DNA of 64,000 nt from an archaeon (GCA_042584585.1 JBHOSQ010000005.1:1-64000); one strand, 5' to 3'; positions 17,576-27,079 are shown, counted from the first letter of the stretch. The notes: a model not told the origin generated them from the letters alone. Translations and numbers: made by a program.

Positions 17576-17928
17576 AAGGCCAAATCTTTGTCGTGGACTT
17601 GATGTTCGCACTCGTAATCATTGTGCTCGCGATTGGCATAACCACGCAGGCGTTCGATTACCACCTGCAGCAGACTGCGTCAACGGTCGAGCACGCCAAG
17701 ATGCAGCAGCTCGCGATTGACGCCGCGGCAGTCACCTACTACAAGGGGGCTGCTTCTTACTATTGGGGGCTCGAAGAAAAGATAGGTCCCTTCTGCGGCG
17801 CCCAAGGGGGCGCGGTCAGCATAGGCTACACGCTGGAAGAGTCTCCCGTGGCCGGCAATACCTGCGTCGGGAGCACGCGCGGCACGGGCGACAACAAAGT
17901 GGAGGTGTTCGTCTGCAGAAGGGAGTAA
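17572..17928 (+). CDS. Minor pilin-like protein
   Basis: MKG|QIFVVD plus hydrophobic helix, ATGA overlap. Confidence 0.75.
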   Translation: MKGQIFVVDLMFALVIIVLAIGITTQAFDYHLQQTASTVEHAKMQQLAIDAAAVTYYKGAASYYWGLEEKIGPFCGAQGGAVSIGYTLEESPVAGNTCVGSTRGTGDNKVEVFVCRRE

Positions 17929-18173
17929 TCTTCACTGCCGAAGCCATCTACGTAATCGTGGTGGTCTTCGCCGCACTCATTGTTTTCTTTGCGTCGCTTC
18001 CATCGGTCAATGTCCCGAGCTATGACTCGGTCCAGGCCATGAAAGTGATCCACGACATGGGCGAAGAGCAGACCATCAAGCCCCCGCCGGGCTACAACAC
18101 CACTGGCTGCGAGGGCAAGACCACAGCCATGCTGGACTACTACAACGAAACCCTGGAGGTGTGCATGACTTGA
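17913..18173 (+). CDS. Minor pilin-like protein (probable CTG start)
   Basis: KG|VIFTAEA plus hydrophobic helix. GGAGGTG lies 5 nt before an in-frame CTG. Confidence 0.65.
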   Translation: MQKGVIFTAEAIYVIVVVFAALIVFFASLPSVNVPSYDSVQAMKVIHDMGEEQTIKPPPGYNTTGCEGKTTAMLDYYNETLEVCMT

Positions 18174-18856
18174 AGGGATTCATGGGCACCGCGGCCGCAA
18201 TGCTGTTCGCGTTCTCGCTGGTCACCGCAGGGTATTCATTCATGCTCTCGCAATCCGACCTGAGCTATTCGTCAATGGCGGGACCCGTCGTCGAAAGCAC
18301 GCGCTGGGCCGCCGAGGCAGAGCTGTTCGAGTGCGCCACAACGGGCGACACGAACTTCAACGGAGACGCGTACAAAGAAGCGATTGGCATGAACCTGGTC
18401 GGCGTCAATGGCAATGCCAGCACCATAAACAATTACGGGCTTGGCTCAATGAAGCTGTCCGTCCACTTGGAGCGCGACTATTCCCCAACAATCCACTTAA
18501 AACCCGGACCTCCCCTGCAGTGGACTGTCTGTGACACCGAAGCAGATTCGCTCACCTTCACGCTGTCGGGCGACCTCCCCGCGTCCGCGATGTCCATCCA
18601 GAAACTCTTGGGGGCGGGGGTTTACTCCTACACTCCTGCTCCTGGAGAGTCCGGCACTTACTGGATTTCTGGCAAGGACTCTACCGGCACGGTATACAGC
18701 AACAAAGTAACTGTGACAGCCGCCGCGGCGCCAACCCCAACGGCAATTCCGACTGCCATCCCGACAGCAATGCCGACTGGGATACCGACTGCGTTCCCAA
18801 CAGCAATGCCAACCGTGCTGCCGACAGCCTTCCCACCATTCGTACCCTTTTTCTAG
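18170..18856 (+). CDS. Pilin-like protein with C-terminal PTA(I/M/F) repeats
   Basis: TTG start after GGAGGTG. MKG|FMG plus hydrophobic helix, repeat tail. Confidence 0.65.
   Translation: MKGFMGTAAAMLFAFSLVTAGYSFMLSQSDLSYSSMAGPVVESTRWAAEAELFECATTGDTNFNGDAYKEAIGMNLVGVNGNASTINNYGLGSMKLSVHLERDYSPTIHLKPGPPLQWTVCDTEADSLTFTLSGDLPASAMSIQKLLGAGVYSYTPAPGESGTYWISGKDSTGTVYSNKVTVTAAAAPTPTAIPTAIPTAMPTGIPTAFPTAMPTVLPTAFPPFVPFF
18731..18840 (+). repeat. Degenerate 12-bp coding tandem repeat (P-T-x-hydrophobic, 8 units)
   Basis: PTAI PTAI PTAM PTGI PTAF PTAM PTVL PTAF. Confidence 0.85.
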
Positions 18857-19674
18857 AGTGACTCAAGGAAAGAGTCGACACGCAGCCCCTTTTTCTTGGC
18901 GAGAATTCGAATGAACTTGTCCGAGCGCGAGCCGTACTGCGCCGCCTTTTTCGGCGCGAAAGCGATTTCCTTCGGCAGCCCAAGCTCCACCGCAAGCTCG
19001 CGGAACACAATCTTGTTGTTTTCCGAATCGATTTTTTGTTCCGCCGGAACCGCGAGCGCCTCCTCGACAAACGCCTTGTCCAGGTAAGGGAAAAACGGTT
19101 CCTTGTCCCACGCTTTTGACACGCCGATGTCCCTCGACACGTCACGCTCCCACGCGCCCATCACGCCGTTGAAGCATTCGTCGTCAATCGCGCGGTAGTC
19201 CGGCAATAACTTCCGGTGGCGCTCGTATCCCGCGAACAATTCCTCTGTGCCCATCCCGAAAAACAAGGCCCGCTCCCCAGCGTTTTTGGCGCAGAACCAA
19301 AGAGGTAAGGCAACGCCGAGCTTCATCACGTTTTTGCTGTTGATGGCCGCGGCGACTTTGGGCAACTCCCGGCGCACGTCCTCGACAGTGAACTCTATGC
19401 GGGTCAGTTCCACGCCGAGAATGCCGGCGCTTTTCTCGGATTGCTCCCAGTCATGCGAGTCACGAGCAGCGGCGCAGTAGCAGTGGAGTGATAATTTGTC
19501 CTTGAGCAAAAGTGCAAGCAAAGAAGAGTCTACTCCGCCAGAAAAAAGCAGCGCCGCCTCGGATAGCCCGGCGGCTCGCCTGTCAACAGAATCAAGAAGA
19601 AGTTTCTTCAAGTTTTCCTTGCTGCCGTTGGGCCTCCGCTCGAGCGACGGGTGTTTCGCCCACTCGCCGTCCAT
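18853..19674 (-). CDS. Asparagine synthase C-terminal (ATP pyrophosphatase) domain protein
   Basis: PP-loop 'FSGGVDSS', 'GMGTEELFAGY', 'PFFPYLD', 'KKAAQYGS'. No glutaminase domain. Confidence 0.85.
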   Translation of the reverse strand: MDGEWAKHPSLERRPNGSKENLKKLLLDSVDRRAAGLSEAALLFSGGVDSSLLALLLKDKLSLHCYCAAARDSHDWEQSEKSAGILGVELTRIEFTVEDVRRELPKVAAAINSKNVMKLGVALPLWFCAKNAGERALFFGMGTEELFAGYERHRKLLPDYRAIDDECFNGVMGAWERDVSRDIGVSKAWDKEPFFPYLDKAFVEEALAVPAEQKIDSENNKIVFRELAVELGLPKEIAFAPKKAAQYGSRSDKFIRILAKKKGLRVDSFLESL

Positions 19675-19680
19675 GCCGAG

Positions 19681-20004
19681 TCACTTCTTTCTCTTGAGCA
19701 AGAGCCTGCGCGGCCTCGCGGGGGGTTCTACCAGTTTGGTTTCCCCGATGGCGGGCGAAGGGGCCACTTCTTTCCCGAGCAGTTGGTCTTCGCTCTTGTT
19801 CAGCATGATTACGTCCTCGATTGCCTCGACGTCCTCGAACTGAATGTTGAGCTGCCCGAGCTTCATCTTCGTGAGCATGCCCTTCGGCATAGCGATGATG
19901 TGAGTAATCCTGCCTTTGGTAGTGAAAACCAGGTCATAAACAAAGCCCACGCGCTCCCCGTGAGAGTCGATTATTTCCTTTCCCTCTAGTTCCTTGAAAA
20001 GCAT
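19681..20004 (-). CDS. PRC-barrel domain protein
   Basis: 'LEGKEIIDSHGERVGFVYDLVF...G.I' and 'I.FEDVEAIEDVIML'. Confidence 0.85.
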   Translation of the reverse strand: MLFKELEGKEIIDSHGERVGFVYDLVFTTKGRITHIIAMPKGMLTKMKLGQLNIQFEDVEAIEDVIMLNKSEDQLLGKEVAPSPAIGETKLVEPPARPRRLLLKRKK

Positions 20005-20036
20005 AGTTGGGTTTTTGGCGAGGGAGTATAAAACAG

Positions 20037-21770
20037 TTACTCCAGAGCGTAGTAGTATTCACCAGTCTTTTTCTGCTCAGAGTCCTTCTGTGAGTCTGGC
20101 TTGTTGGCACGCGGCCGCCCAGAATCAGGGTCGCGGCGGTAAGTGATATCCATTCCCTCAAGGAAACGGTTCATCCCGGAATGCATCGCCTCGGCGGCCA
20201 TTGCCTTGCCGGTCTTCCCTGGGTCCCCATCAAAGACCATCAGCCTGTCCGAAACATAGTCCTGGAGAGTGATGTCGTGGTCGATGACCATCGTCGTGAT
20301 TTCCTGCTTTTCAGTGATTTTTCGGATGATGTCCGCGAACCTGATGCGCTGCTCGACGTCCAAAAACGCCGACGGCTCGTCAAGCAGGCAAAGGTCGCAG
20401 TCCCGTGCAAGCGCAAGCACGATGCCAACGCGCTGAAGCTCGCCGCCAGACAGTTCCTTGACCTTCTTGTTGAACAAGTCCTTGATTTCGGGCTTGAGGT
20501 AGCTCTCGAACAACTCGCGGTTCATCTCTGACTTGCCGACCAGCTGCATTACAGTCCCCTCGAAATCGCTTGAAATGTACTGGGGCTTGTACGAAATCTC
20601 GAGCGACCAGTCCAGTTCCGGCTCGCTCTTTTCCACGCCGGCCAATGCCTTCATGAAAGTAGACTTCCCAATCGCGTTGGGGCCCAGGATGCCGATGACT
20701 TCGCCCCTGCGCAAGACACCGCCCTCGGCCTCGAGCGAAAACGCGTCGTACTTTTTCTTGAACGACGGATACTCCTGGTACTCCCTGCCCTCCCACTCGG
20801 TGGCGGGCGGCTTCACCAGGAACTTGATGCCCTCCTTGCGGAAGCGCATGTTCTCGGCGCGCAGGAACCCGTCGAGGAACTCGTTGATTCCGACGCGAAC
20901 GCTCTTGAGCGATGACACGATGCCGTACACCCCCGGCTTTCCGTACAGGACATGCACGTAGTCGCTGAGGTAATCAAGGACAGCAAGGTCGTGCTCAACA
21001 ACCATCACCCGCTTGGTCTCCGCGAGCTCGCGGATTAGCTTCGCGACCTTGAGCCGCTGCTTCACGTCGAGGTAAGTGGTGGGCTCGTCAAAGAAGTAGA
21101 CGTCCGCCTCGCGGGAAATTCCCACGGCGATTGCGATTCGCTGGAGCTCTCCGCCGCTGACCTCGTCCAAGTGCCTCTCGGTGAGGTGCGCGATCTCGAA
21201 CTTCTTCAGGTCGGGCGTCGCGTTTTCCTTTTCGAGCAATTCGGCGACAGTCCCAGAAAACGCCTTGGGGATCAAGTCGACGTTTTGGGGCTTCATTGAA
21301 ATGTGAGTCCCGCCCTTGGACAGTGCCTCGAGGTGCGTCTGGATTTCGTTCCCGCGGTGCATCTCGACGACCTTGTGCCAGTCCTTGTTTTCTCCTCCGA
21401 GGTTGGGCACGATTTGGCCGGCAAGGATGTTGACGAGCGTGCTTTTCCCAGTGGCGTTGCTCCCGACCAAACCCACGACGCCCTGCTTTGGCACCGGCAG
21501 CCCGAACACGCGGAAGCCGTTCACGCCGTACTGGTGCATCGGGTTTCCCAATTCTTCGGGCAGGTTGATTATTGTGATTGCGGTGTACGGGCATTTCTTG
21601 ACGCAAATGCCACAGCCCGAGCAAAGCTCTTCCGAGATAACCGGGTACCCGCCATCTTCCTTGAGTATTGTCTCCTGCCCCATTCGCACTCCGGGGCAGA
21701 ACTTGATGCATTCATAGCTGCAGCTCTTGCCACGGACACACTTCTTCCTGTCCAGAACAGCTATTCGCAT
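20037..21770 (-). CDS. Ribosome recycling ATPase ABCE1 (RLI)
   Basis: N-terminal two [4Fe-4S] Cys motifs, two ABC cassettes with SGGELQR, C-terminal RxNK..S.KD. Confidence 0.97.
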   Translation of the reverse strand: MRIAVLDRKKCVRGKSCSYECIKFCPGVRMGQETILKEDGGYPVISEELCSGCGICVKKCPYTAITIINLPEELGNPMHQYGVNGFRVFGLPVPKQGVVGLVGSNATGKSTLVNILAGQIVPNLGGENKDWHKVVEMHRGNEIQTHLEALSKGGTHISMKPQNVDLIPKAFSGTVAELLEKENATPDLKKFEIAHLTERHLDEVSGGELQRIAIAVGISREADVYFFDEPTTYLDVKQRLKVAKLIRELAETKRVMVVEHDLAVLDYLSDYVHVLYGKPGVYGIVSSLKSVRVGINEFLDGFLRAENMRFRKEGIKFLVKPPATEWEGREYQEYPSFKKKYDAFSLEAEGGVLRRGEVIGILGPNAIGKSTFMKALAGVEKSEPELDWSLEISYKPQYISSDFEGTVMQLVGKSEMNRELFESYLKPEIKDLFNKKVKELSGGELQRVGIVLALARDCDLCLLDEPSAFLDVEQRIRFADIIRKITEKQEITTMVIDHDITLQDYVSDRLMVFDGDPGKTGKAMAAEAMHSGMNRFLEGMDITYRRDPDSGRPRANKPDSQKDSEQKKTGEYYYALE

Positions 21771-21823
21771 TAAGGTGGTTTTTGGAGGCAGGTTTTAAAA
21801 GGCTTCGCAAAAAAAGTTAAGTA

Positions 21824-22837
21824 ATGCGCGTGACAAAGCGGGCGCTTCCGGACATCCGTGTTGTGCCGGAAACGCTTGATGACATATGGCATCTCGAGAA
21901 GATTATCGAGAAGGGAGACTTGGTTACTGCCAAGAGTGAGCGCAGGTTCAAGACCGAGTCCGGAAAGTCCGAGCGCAAGACGGTCAAGGTAAAAATAACT
22001 GTCGAGGGCCTCGAGTACCACCGGGACTCGCGGAAGCTACGCCTGCTCGGAACGATTGTGGAGGGGCACCCGCTCGAGTACGTTGTAATCGGCACGCACC
22101 ACACGATTGAGGTCTTGCCCGGAATCATGATCACAGTCACGAAAGAGCACTGGAAGCGCTACCAACTCGAGCGCCTCGACCACGCGGTCAAGGCATCAAA
22201 AAAGCCGAAGCTATTGATTGTCGTGATGGACGACGAGGAAGCCGAGCTCGCGCTGCTCAGGGACTTTGGATTGGAAAAGAAAGGCACAATCCGCTCCGGA
22301 AAAAGCGGCAAAGCCTTTCCCTCGGACAAAAAGGACGACTACTTCGACCAAATCGCGGACGCCATCAAAGGCGCTGAAAAAATCGTGGTCGCGGGCCCGG
22401 GATTCACCAAGGACAATTTCGCGAAGTGGCTTGAGGGAAAGCCATTGGCCAAGAAGTGCGTGTTCGCCGACATCGGCGGCACCGGCACGCCCGGCATGCA
22501 GGAGCTATTGAAGAAAGGGGTCATCGAAAAAATCGTGAAGGACGCGCGAGCCGCGCTTGAGGCCTCGCTTGTGGAAGACGTGATGGTGAAAATCCCCACC
22601 GACAACTCGACTTATGGCCTAGCGCAGGTGGAAGAGGCGCTGGACTTCGGCGCCGCGGAAAAATTGCTTCTCGCGGACAGTTATTTCTCGGACAACAGGG
22701 ACGAGGCAGAAAAGCTCCTCCAAAAAGCGGAGAAGACGAACTGCGAGGTCCACATAATCAGCACGGAACACGAGCCCGGAGAAAGATTGGAGCACCTCGG
22801 CGGCGTCGCTGCCCTGCTAAGGTTCAAGACGGCTTGA
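21824..22837 (+). CDS. pelA: Pelota (Dom34) ribosome rescue factor
   Basis: 'PETLDDIWHL', 'AGPGFTK', 'LGGVAALLRF'. Confidence 0.95.
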   Translation: MRVTKRALPDIRVVPETLDDIWHLEKIIEKGDLVTAKSERRFKTESGKSERKTVKVKITVEGLEYHRDSRKLRLLGTIVEGHPLEYVVIGTHHTIEVLPGIMITVTKEHWKRYQLERLDHAVKASKKPKLLIVVMDDEEAELALLRDFGLEKKGTIRSGKSGKAFPSDKKDDYFDQIADAIKGAEKIVVAGPGFTKDNFAKWLEGKPLAKKCVFADIGGTGTPGMQELLKKGVIEKIVKDARAALEASLVEDVMVKIPTDNSTYGLAQVEEALDFGAAEKLLLADSYFSDNRDEAEKLLQKAEKTNCEVHIISTEHEPGERLEHLGGVAALLRFKTA

Positions 22838-23440
22838 GAACTCGCCCGCAAACCGCTCCCACATGGCAACGTTTTTTTCGAACTTGGAGTTCGCCTGCTC
22901 GACGAGCAAAGAACAATAGTTTTTGTCGACCAAAAGCTCACCATCTTTTTTCACGGGCACCGCCATTCGGTACGTGCCCTCGAACTCGATTTGCACCCGG
23001 TTCCCACTAATCGAAAAGATGCCCCCGCGCTTCATGCCTGCGGAAGCCTTTACCTTCAGCAGTGCGTTCGCCGCATCAATGTCGCGGCAGGACACGTGGA
23101 GAATCAGGGGGTCGGCGTTGAGCCACACGAATTTTCCTTCCGCGTTTTGCAGCGCATCCCATGCGTCATCAGCACTGACGGGATTGTGCTGCTTCCAAAG
23201 AAACTCCGAGTTTTTTTTCGTGGAGTCCGGGAGGTCGATCAACACTATGCGGCCGTAGCACGAAGAAGAAGTCACGTAGTCCGGATGAGAATTAATCAAG
23301 TCGAGGTATTTGTTTACCTCGGAGTCGACAACGCCTTCGTTCCGCGCGTTGTCCAGCAATTCCAATAGCTCTTTTTTGATGTCGTCAAACTTTGCGTCGC
23401 GCGGGCCAGTGTACCCGTGCTTTACGTCGGTTACTTTCAC
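22817..23440 (-). CDS. taw3: tRNA wybutosine/wyosine methyltransferase TYW3-like
   Basis: 'LDLINSHPDYVTSSSCYGRI' and 'PLILHVSCRD'. GTG start overlaps the upstream stop. Confidence 0.88.
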   Translation of the reverse strand: MKVTDVKHGYTGPRDAKFDDIKKELLELLDNARNEGVVDSEVNKYLDLINSHPDYVTSSSCYGRIVLIDLPDSTKKNSEFLWKQHNPVSADDAWDALQNAEGKFVWLNADPLILHVSCRDIDAANALLKVKASAGMKRGGIFSISGNRVQIEFEGTYRMAVPVKKDGELLVDKNYCSLLVEQANSKFEKNVAMWERFAGEFSSRLEP

Positions 23441-24015
23441 AGAATCCCCTTGAGCTCGTCCAAGTAGCGGATGACGTGGTCGGGCTCGAACGAGGTCTCT
23501 TCTTCCACCGTTTTCTTCCACACGGTCTCCATCCCGGCCTTGCCCGCGAGCGCCAATACATTCAGCTTGTCGTCAACGACAACACAGTCGCCGAACTGCT
23601 TCTTCGCTTCCTCGTATACCCGGGGGTTGTTCTTCAGGTAGCCCCACTGCGGCGTGGCGACGACCTGGTCGAACATGACGCGCAAGTTTTTCTTGTCGAC
23701 AATCAAGTCGAGCCAGTCCTTCGGGAAGTCACTGAACAGGACAAGGGGGTAGCCCTTGCGGGCCAAATAGGCAATCACTTCGCGGAGCTTTGGGTCAAGC
23801 TGGATTCGGTTCAGCATTTCAGCCCGGCCCTTCACCGGCTCCCAGCCGTGCTTTTCCCAGAATTCGTTCTCGTCGACCCGCCTGAACTTGAGATCGTTGT
23901 AGTCCCGCTCCACCTGGACGTCCAGAGCGCCCTTGCACAATGGCTTCAGGACGTTCCTGTGAAAATGCCCGTCCGGACAAACCACGCCGAACATGTCGAG
24001 CAGAACAGTCTTCAC
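23437..24015 (-). CDS. HAD-superfamily hydrolase
   Basis: Motif I 'LLDMFGV', motif IV 'VVDD', 'AGKAGM'. Confidence 0.8.
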   Translation of the reverse strand: MKTVLLDMFGVVCPDGHFHRNVLKPLCKGALDVQVERDYNDLKFRRVDENEFWEKHGWEPVKGRAEMLNRIQLDPKLREVIAYLARKGYPLVLFSDFPKDWLDLIVDKKNLRVMFDQVVATPQWGYLKNNPRVYEEAKKQFGDCVVVDDKLNVLALAGKAGMETVWKKTVEEETSFEPDHVIRYLDELKGIL

Positions 24016-24974
24016 TTTTTCTCCCCCATGAGCACGAGCTGCGCCAAAAACGCTTCGAGCTGGATGCGCTCGTTCGCGCCCTCGCTCACGCGGAAGCTTG
24101 CCTCTCCAATGCGGTCCACCAAAGCAACTTTCTGCTTGGAGTCAAAGTCCTCGGACGAAACCACCTCGCGGTGCACCTGCAGCAAAACGTCCTCGGCCGA
24201 AAGCGCGTAGTCGTAAAGCAGTGCGTCAAGCGCCTTCCTCGCCCCCATGAACTCGCCCTTGAGCGCGAGCTCAATCATCTCGCGCACTTCCTCTGGGCGG
24301 GCGCGGGCAGACACCTTGTAGACGGAGTCCGCAGTCACTTTCTTCGACAAAGTGGAGGCGACTTGTAAAATATTGATGGCGCGGCGGAGGTCTCCCTCGG
24401 CGACGTACTCCAGCGCGACGTAAGCCTTGTCGTCCACGTCCAGTTTTTCTTTCTTGGCGACGTGCTCCAACCGCTTGCGGATGTCCTTGTCGGTCAACGG
24501 AGTGAAGCGGAACATCGCGCACCTGGATTGGATGGGCTCGATTAGCTTGGACGAGTAGTTGCACGACAAAATGAACCGGCAGGTCCTGGAATACTTTTCC
24601 ATGGTGCGGCGCAACGCGTTTTGGGCGTCGCGGGTCAATGAGTCGCTCTCGTCCAGGAAAATGATTTTGAACGGCACGTTGCCGATTGCAAGCGTGGCGG
24701 CGAAGTCCTTGATTTTGCCGCGGATGACGTCGATGCCTCTTTCGTCAGACGCGTTTAATTCCAAGATGTTCCTGCCCTCCCCATCGTACATCTCGTTCGC
24801 GAGGGCAAGTGCACATGCGGTCTTGCCTATGCCAGCCCGCCCGGAAAACATTAGGTGGGGAAAGTCCTTCTCCTTGGCGTATGCCTCCAGCCGCTCGACC
24901 ACTGCCCTTTGGCCGACTACTTCATTGAGCTGTTTGGGCCTGTATTTTTCCACCCATGGCAAAGCTAGCTCCAT
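24012..24974 (-). CDS. rfcS: Replication factor C small subunit
   Basis: 'PWVEKYRP', GRAGIGKT, 'LELNASDERG', 'IQSRC'. Confidence 0.96.
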   Translation of the reverse strand: MELALPWVEKYRPKQLNEVVGQRAVVERLEAYAKEKDFPHLMFSGRAGIGKTACALALANEMYDGEGRNILELNASDERGIDVIRGKIKDFAATLAIGNVPFKIIFLDESDSLTRDAQNALRRTMEKYSRTCRFILSCNYSSKLIEPIQSRCAMFRFTPLTDKDIRKRLEHVAKKEKLDVDDKAYVALEYVAEGDLRRAINILQVASTLSKKVTADSVYKVSARARPEEVREMIELALKGEFMGARKALDALLYDYALSAEDVLLQVHREVVSSEDFDSKQKVALVDRIGEASFRVSEGANERIQLEAFLAQLVLMGEKK

Positions 24975-25046
24975 GTATACACCTCGAACTGTTATTAATG
25001 ATAAGATATATAAAAGGTGGCTGCCACTACCTAAACAGGTGATTCC

Positions 25047-25418
25047 ATGCCAAAGAAAAAAGACTGGAAAGTAATCGAAAAAGAGCTTGAGGGGATTATT
25101 GTCACCACTTCCGACAGCGTTCCCGGGAGAGAATCGACCAAGTACATGGGATACGTCTGGGGAACTTCGGTGCAGTCAAAATTCTTCGGCCACGACATAC
25201 TCGCGGTCCTCCGCGGGTTCATGGGCGGCGAAATCACGCAGTACACATCAATGATTAACGACGCCAAGCATGAGGTCATCCAGCGGATTGTCGCCAACGC
25301 GAGGGCGCTCGGCGCCGACGCGGTAGTTGGCGTTCGCATGGGCTCAGGCCAGGTTTCGCCAGGAATGATTGAGATATTCGCCTACGGCACCGCCGTAAAA
25401 CTAAAGAAAACGAAGTGA
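25047..25418 (+). CDS. YbjQ/UPF0145 family protein
   Basis: 'GGEITQYT', 'ARALGADAVVGVR', 'AYGTAV'. Confidence 0.9.
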   Translation: MPKKKDWKVIEKELEGIIVTTSDSVPGRESTKYMGYVWGTSVQSKFFGHDILAVLRGFMGGEITQYTSMINDAKHEVIQRIVANARALGADAVVGVRMGSGQVSPGMIEIFAYGTAVKLKKTK

Positions 25419-25816
25419 TTGCAATGATTAGGTACGCAACTCTTTTGATAAGCGCCGTGCTGATGCTTTTCGCATTGTCCATGATGGACGCGCTAATCAT
25501 CCCGCTGGCGTCGATTGTGCTCGGATTCCTTCTGCTGGGCTACGCGTTCCCGGAACTGCTCGAGAACCTGACACCGTACAGCAAGACCGTATGGCTGCCA
25601 GTTGGGTTCGCTGTCTCCGCTTTGATCGCGATGTTCTTACTGTTCAAGGAAAACACGCTTGACGTCGTCATGGGCGCGCAGTGGTGTGCCGTTGCGCCGT
25701 GTGTCCCCATCGGGCTGGTAGTCCTGTCGTTCATGGTGGGCTCCTTCGCAAGGTTCGGGACCATGAAGCTCGCCGGCGAAAAGCTTGACTTGTTCGGCGA
25801 GAAAATCGAGGACTGA
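25415..25816 (+). CDS. Hypothetical membrane protein
   Basis: About four hydrophobic helices, GTGA overlap with the upstream gene. Confidence 0.6.
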   Translation: MIAMIRYATLLISAVLMLFALSMMDALIIPLASIVLGFLLLGYAFPELLENLTPYSKTVWLPVGFAVSALIAMFLLFKENTLDVVMGAQWCAVAPCVPIGLVVLSFMVGSFARFGTMKLAGEKLDLFGEKIED

Positions 25817-25822
25817 CGCTCC

Positions 25823-27079
25823 ATGACCTGCTTTAAAGTATACCTCGAGTCCTACGGCTGCGCCCACAACGAAAGCGACGCCAGAATAATCAAGGCCCTT
25901 CTGGCAAAAGAGGGGTTGGGAGTGGCTGCCGCGCCAGACAACGCGGACTACATTTTCATCAACACGTGCGGTGTCAAACTAATAAGCGAACAGCGCATGC
26001 TCTCCCGCATCAAAGAGCTCGCCAAGCATTCCGCCAAGCTCGTGGTCTGCGGCTGCCTCCCCAAAATCAACGAATCCGCAATCAGAAGGACCGCCCCCAA
26101 CGCGGTTTTGCTGGACACCGACTCATTAAGCAAGATCCCCGAACTGCTGAAGAACCCACGGGACTTTTTCTCCGAGGGAAGGGAAAACAAGTTATTGCTC
26201 GCGCAGCCAGCGCACGGCATCACGGCCGTCATCGGCATAGGTGAGGGGTGTACAGGCAAATGCGCTTACTGTGGCGCAAGGCACGCCCGTGGCGCACTCC
26301 ACAGCTATCCCACGAAAGACGTGGTTTCGGCTGTTGGGAGTGCGGTAGAAAATGGCGCGAGAGAAGTTTGCCTAACGTCAGAGGACACCGGGTGCTATGG
26401 CCTGGACATCGGCTCGTCCCTGCTTGAGCTGGTCAACGAAATCACCAGCCTGCCGGGGGCATTCCGCGTGCGCATCGGGATGATGAATCCCAACCACGCG
26501 AAGCGGTTCCTTCCCAAGCTAATCTCGGCGTACCAAAGCGACAAGGTCTACAAGTTCGTGCATCTGCCCGTCCAGTCCGGCAGCGACAAAGTCCTATCGG
26601 AAATGAACCGCCAGTACACGGTCGCGGAGTTTGAGGGTATGGTTTCCCAACTGCGGAAAGGCGTTCCTGGAATCTGCATCAGCACCGACGTAATCATTGG
26701 CTTTCCCACCGAGACAGCCGAGGACTTCGAACAAACTCTCGCGCTGCTCGACCGCGTGAAGCCCGACGTGACAAACGTGTCCCGGTTTGGGGTGCGCCCA
26801 GGCACTCCTGCCGCACAGATGAAGCAGCTCTCAACAGAAGTAATCAAGGAACGGAGCGTCAAGGCATCGAAACTGGCGCGCGAGATGGCGTTGGCGGCAA
26901 GCCAAAAGCTCGTCGGGAAAGAATACACTGTGATTGCATTGGCACCCGGCAGCAAAGGCGGCGTTGTCGGGAGGACACCCAACTACAAGCAGCTCATCTT
27001 CGAGGGCGAGCTGGGCAAAGAATACAAGGTAAAGGTCGTGGAAGCCTTCTCCACTTACCTAGCAGCGGAAGCCATTTAA
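25823..27079 (+). CDS. mtaB: tRNA t6A37 methylthiotransferase (archaeal MtaB/CDKAL1-type)
   Basis: UPF0004 'YGCAHN..NTC..CGC', radical SAM CxxxCxxC, 'IGMMNP', 'HLPVQSG', TRAM tail. Confidence 0.88.
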   Translation: MTCFKVYLESYGCAHNESDARIIKALLAKEGLGVAAAPDNADYIFINTCGVKLISEQRMLSRIKELAKHSAKLVVCGCLPKINESAIRRTAPNAVLLDTDSLSKIPELLKNPRDFFSEGRENKLLLAQPAHGITAVIGIGEGCTGKCAYCGARHARGALHSYPTKDVVSAVGSAVENGAREVCLTSEDTGCYGLDIGSSLLELVNEITSLPGAFRVRIGMMNPNHAKRFLPKLISAYQSDKVYKFVHLPVQSGSDKVLSEMNRQYTVAEFEGMVSQLRKGVPGICISTDVIIGFPTETAEDFEQTLALLDRVKPDVTNVSRFGVRPGTPAAQMKQLSTEVIKERSVKASKLAREMALAASQKLVGKEYTVIALAPGSKGGVVGRTPNYKQLIFEGELGKEYKVKVVEAFSTYLAAEAI

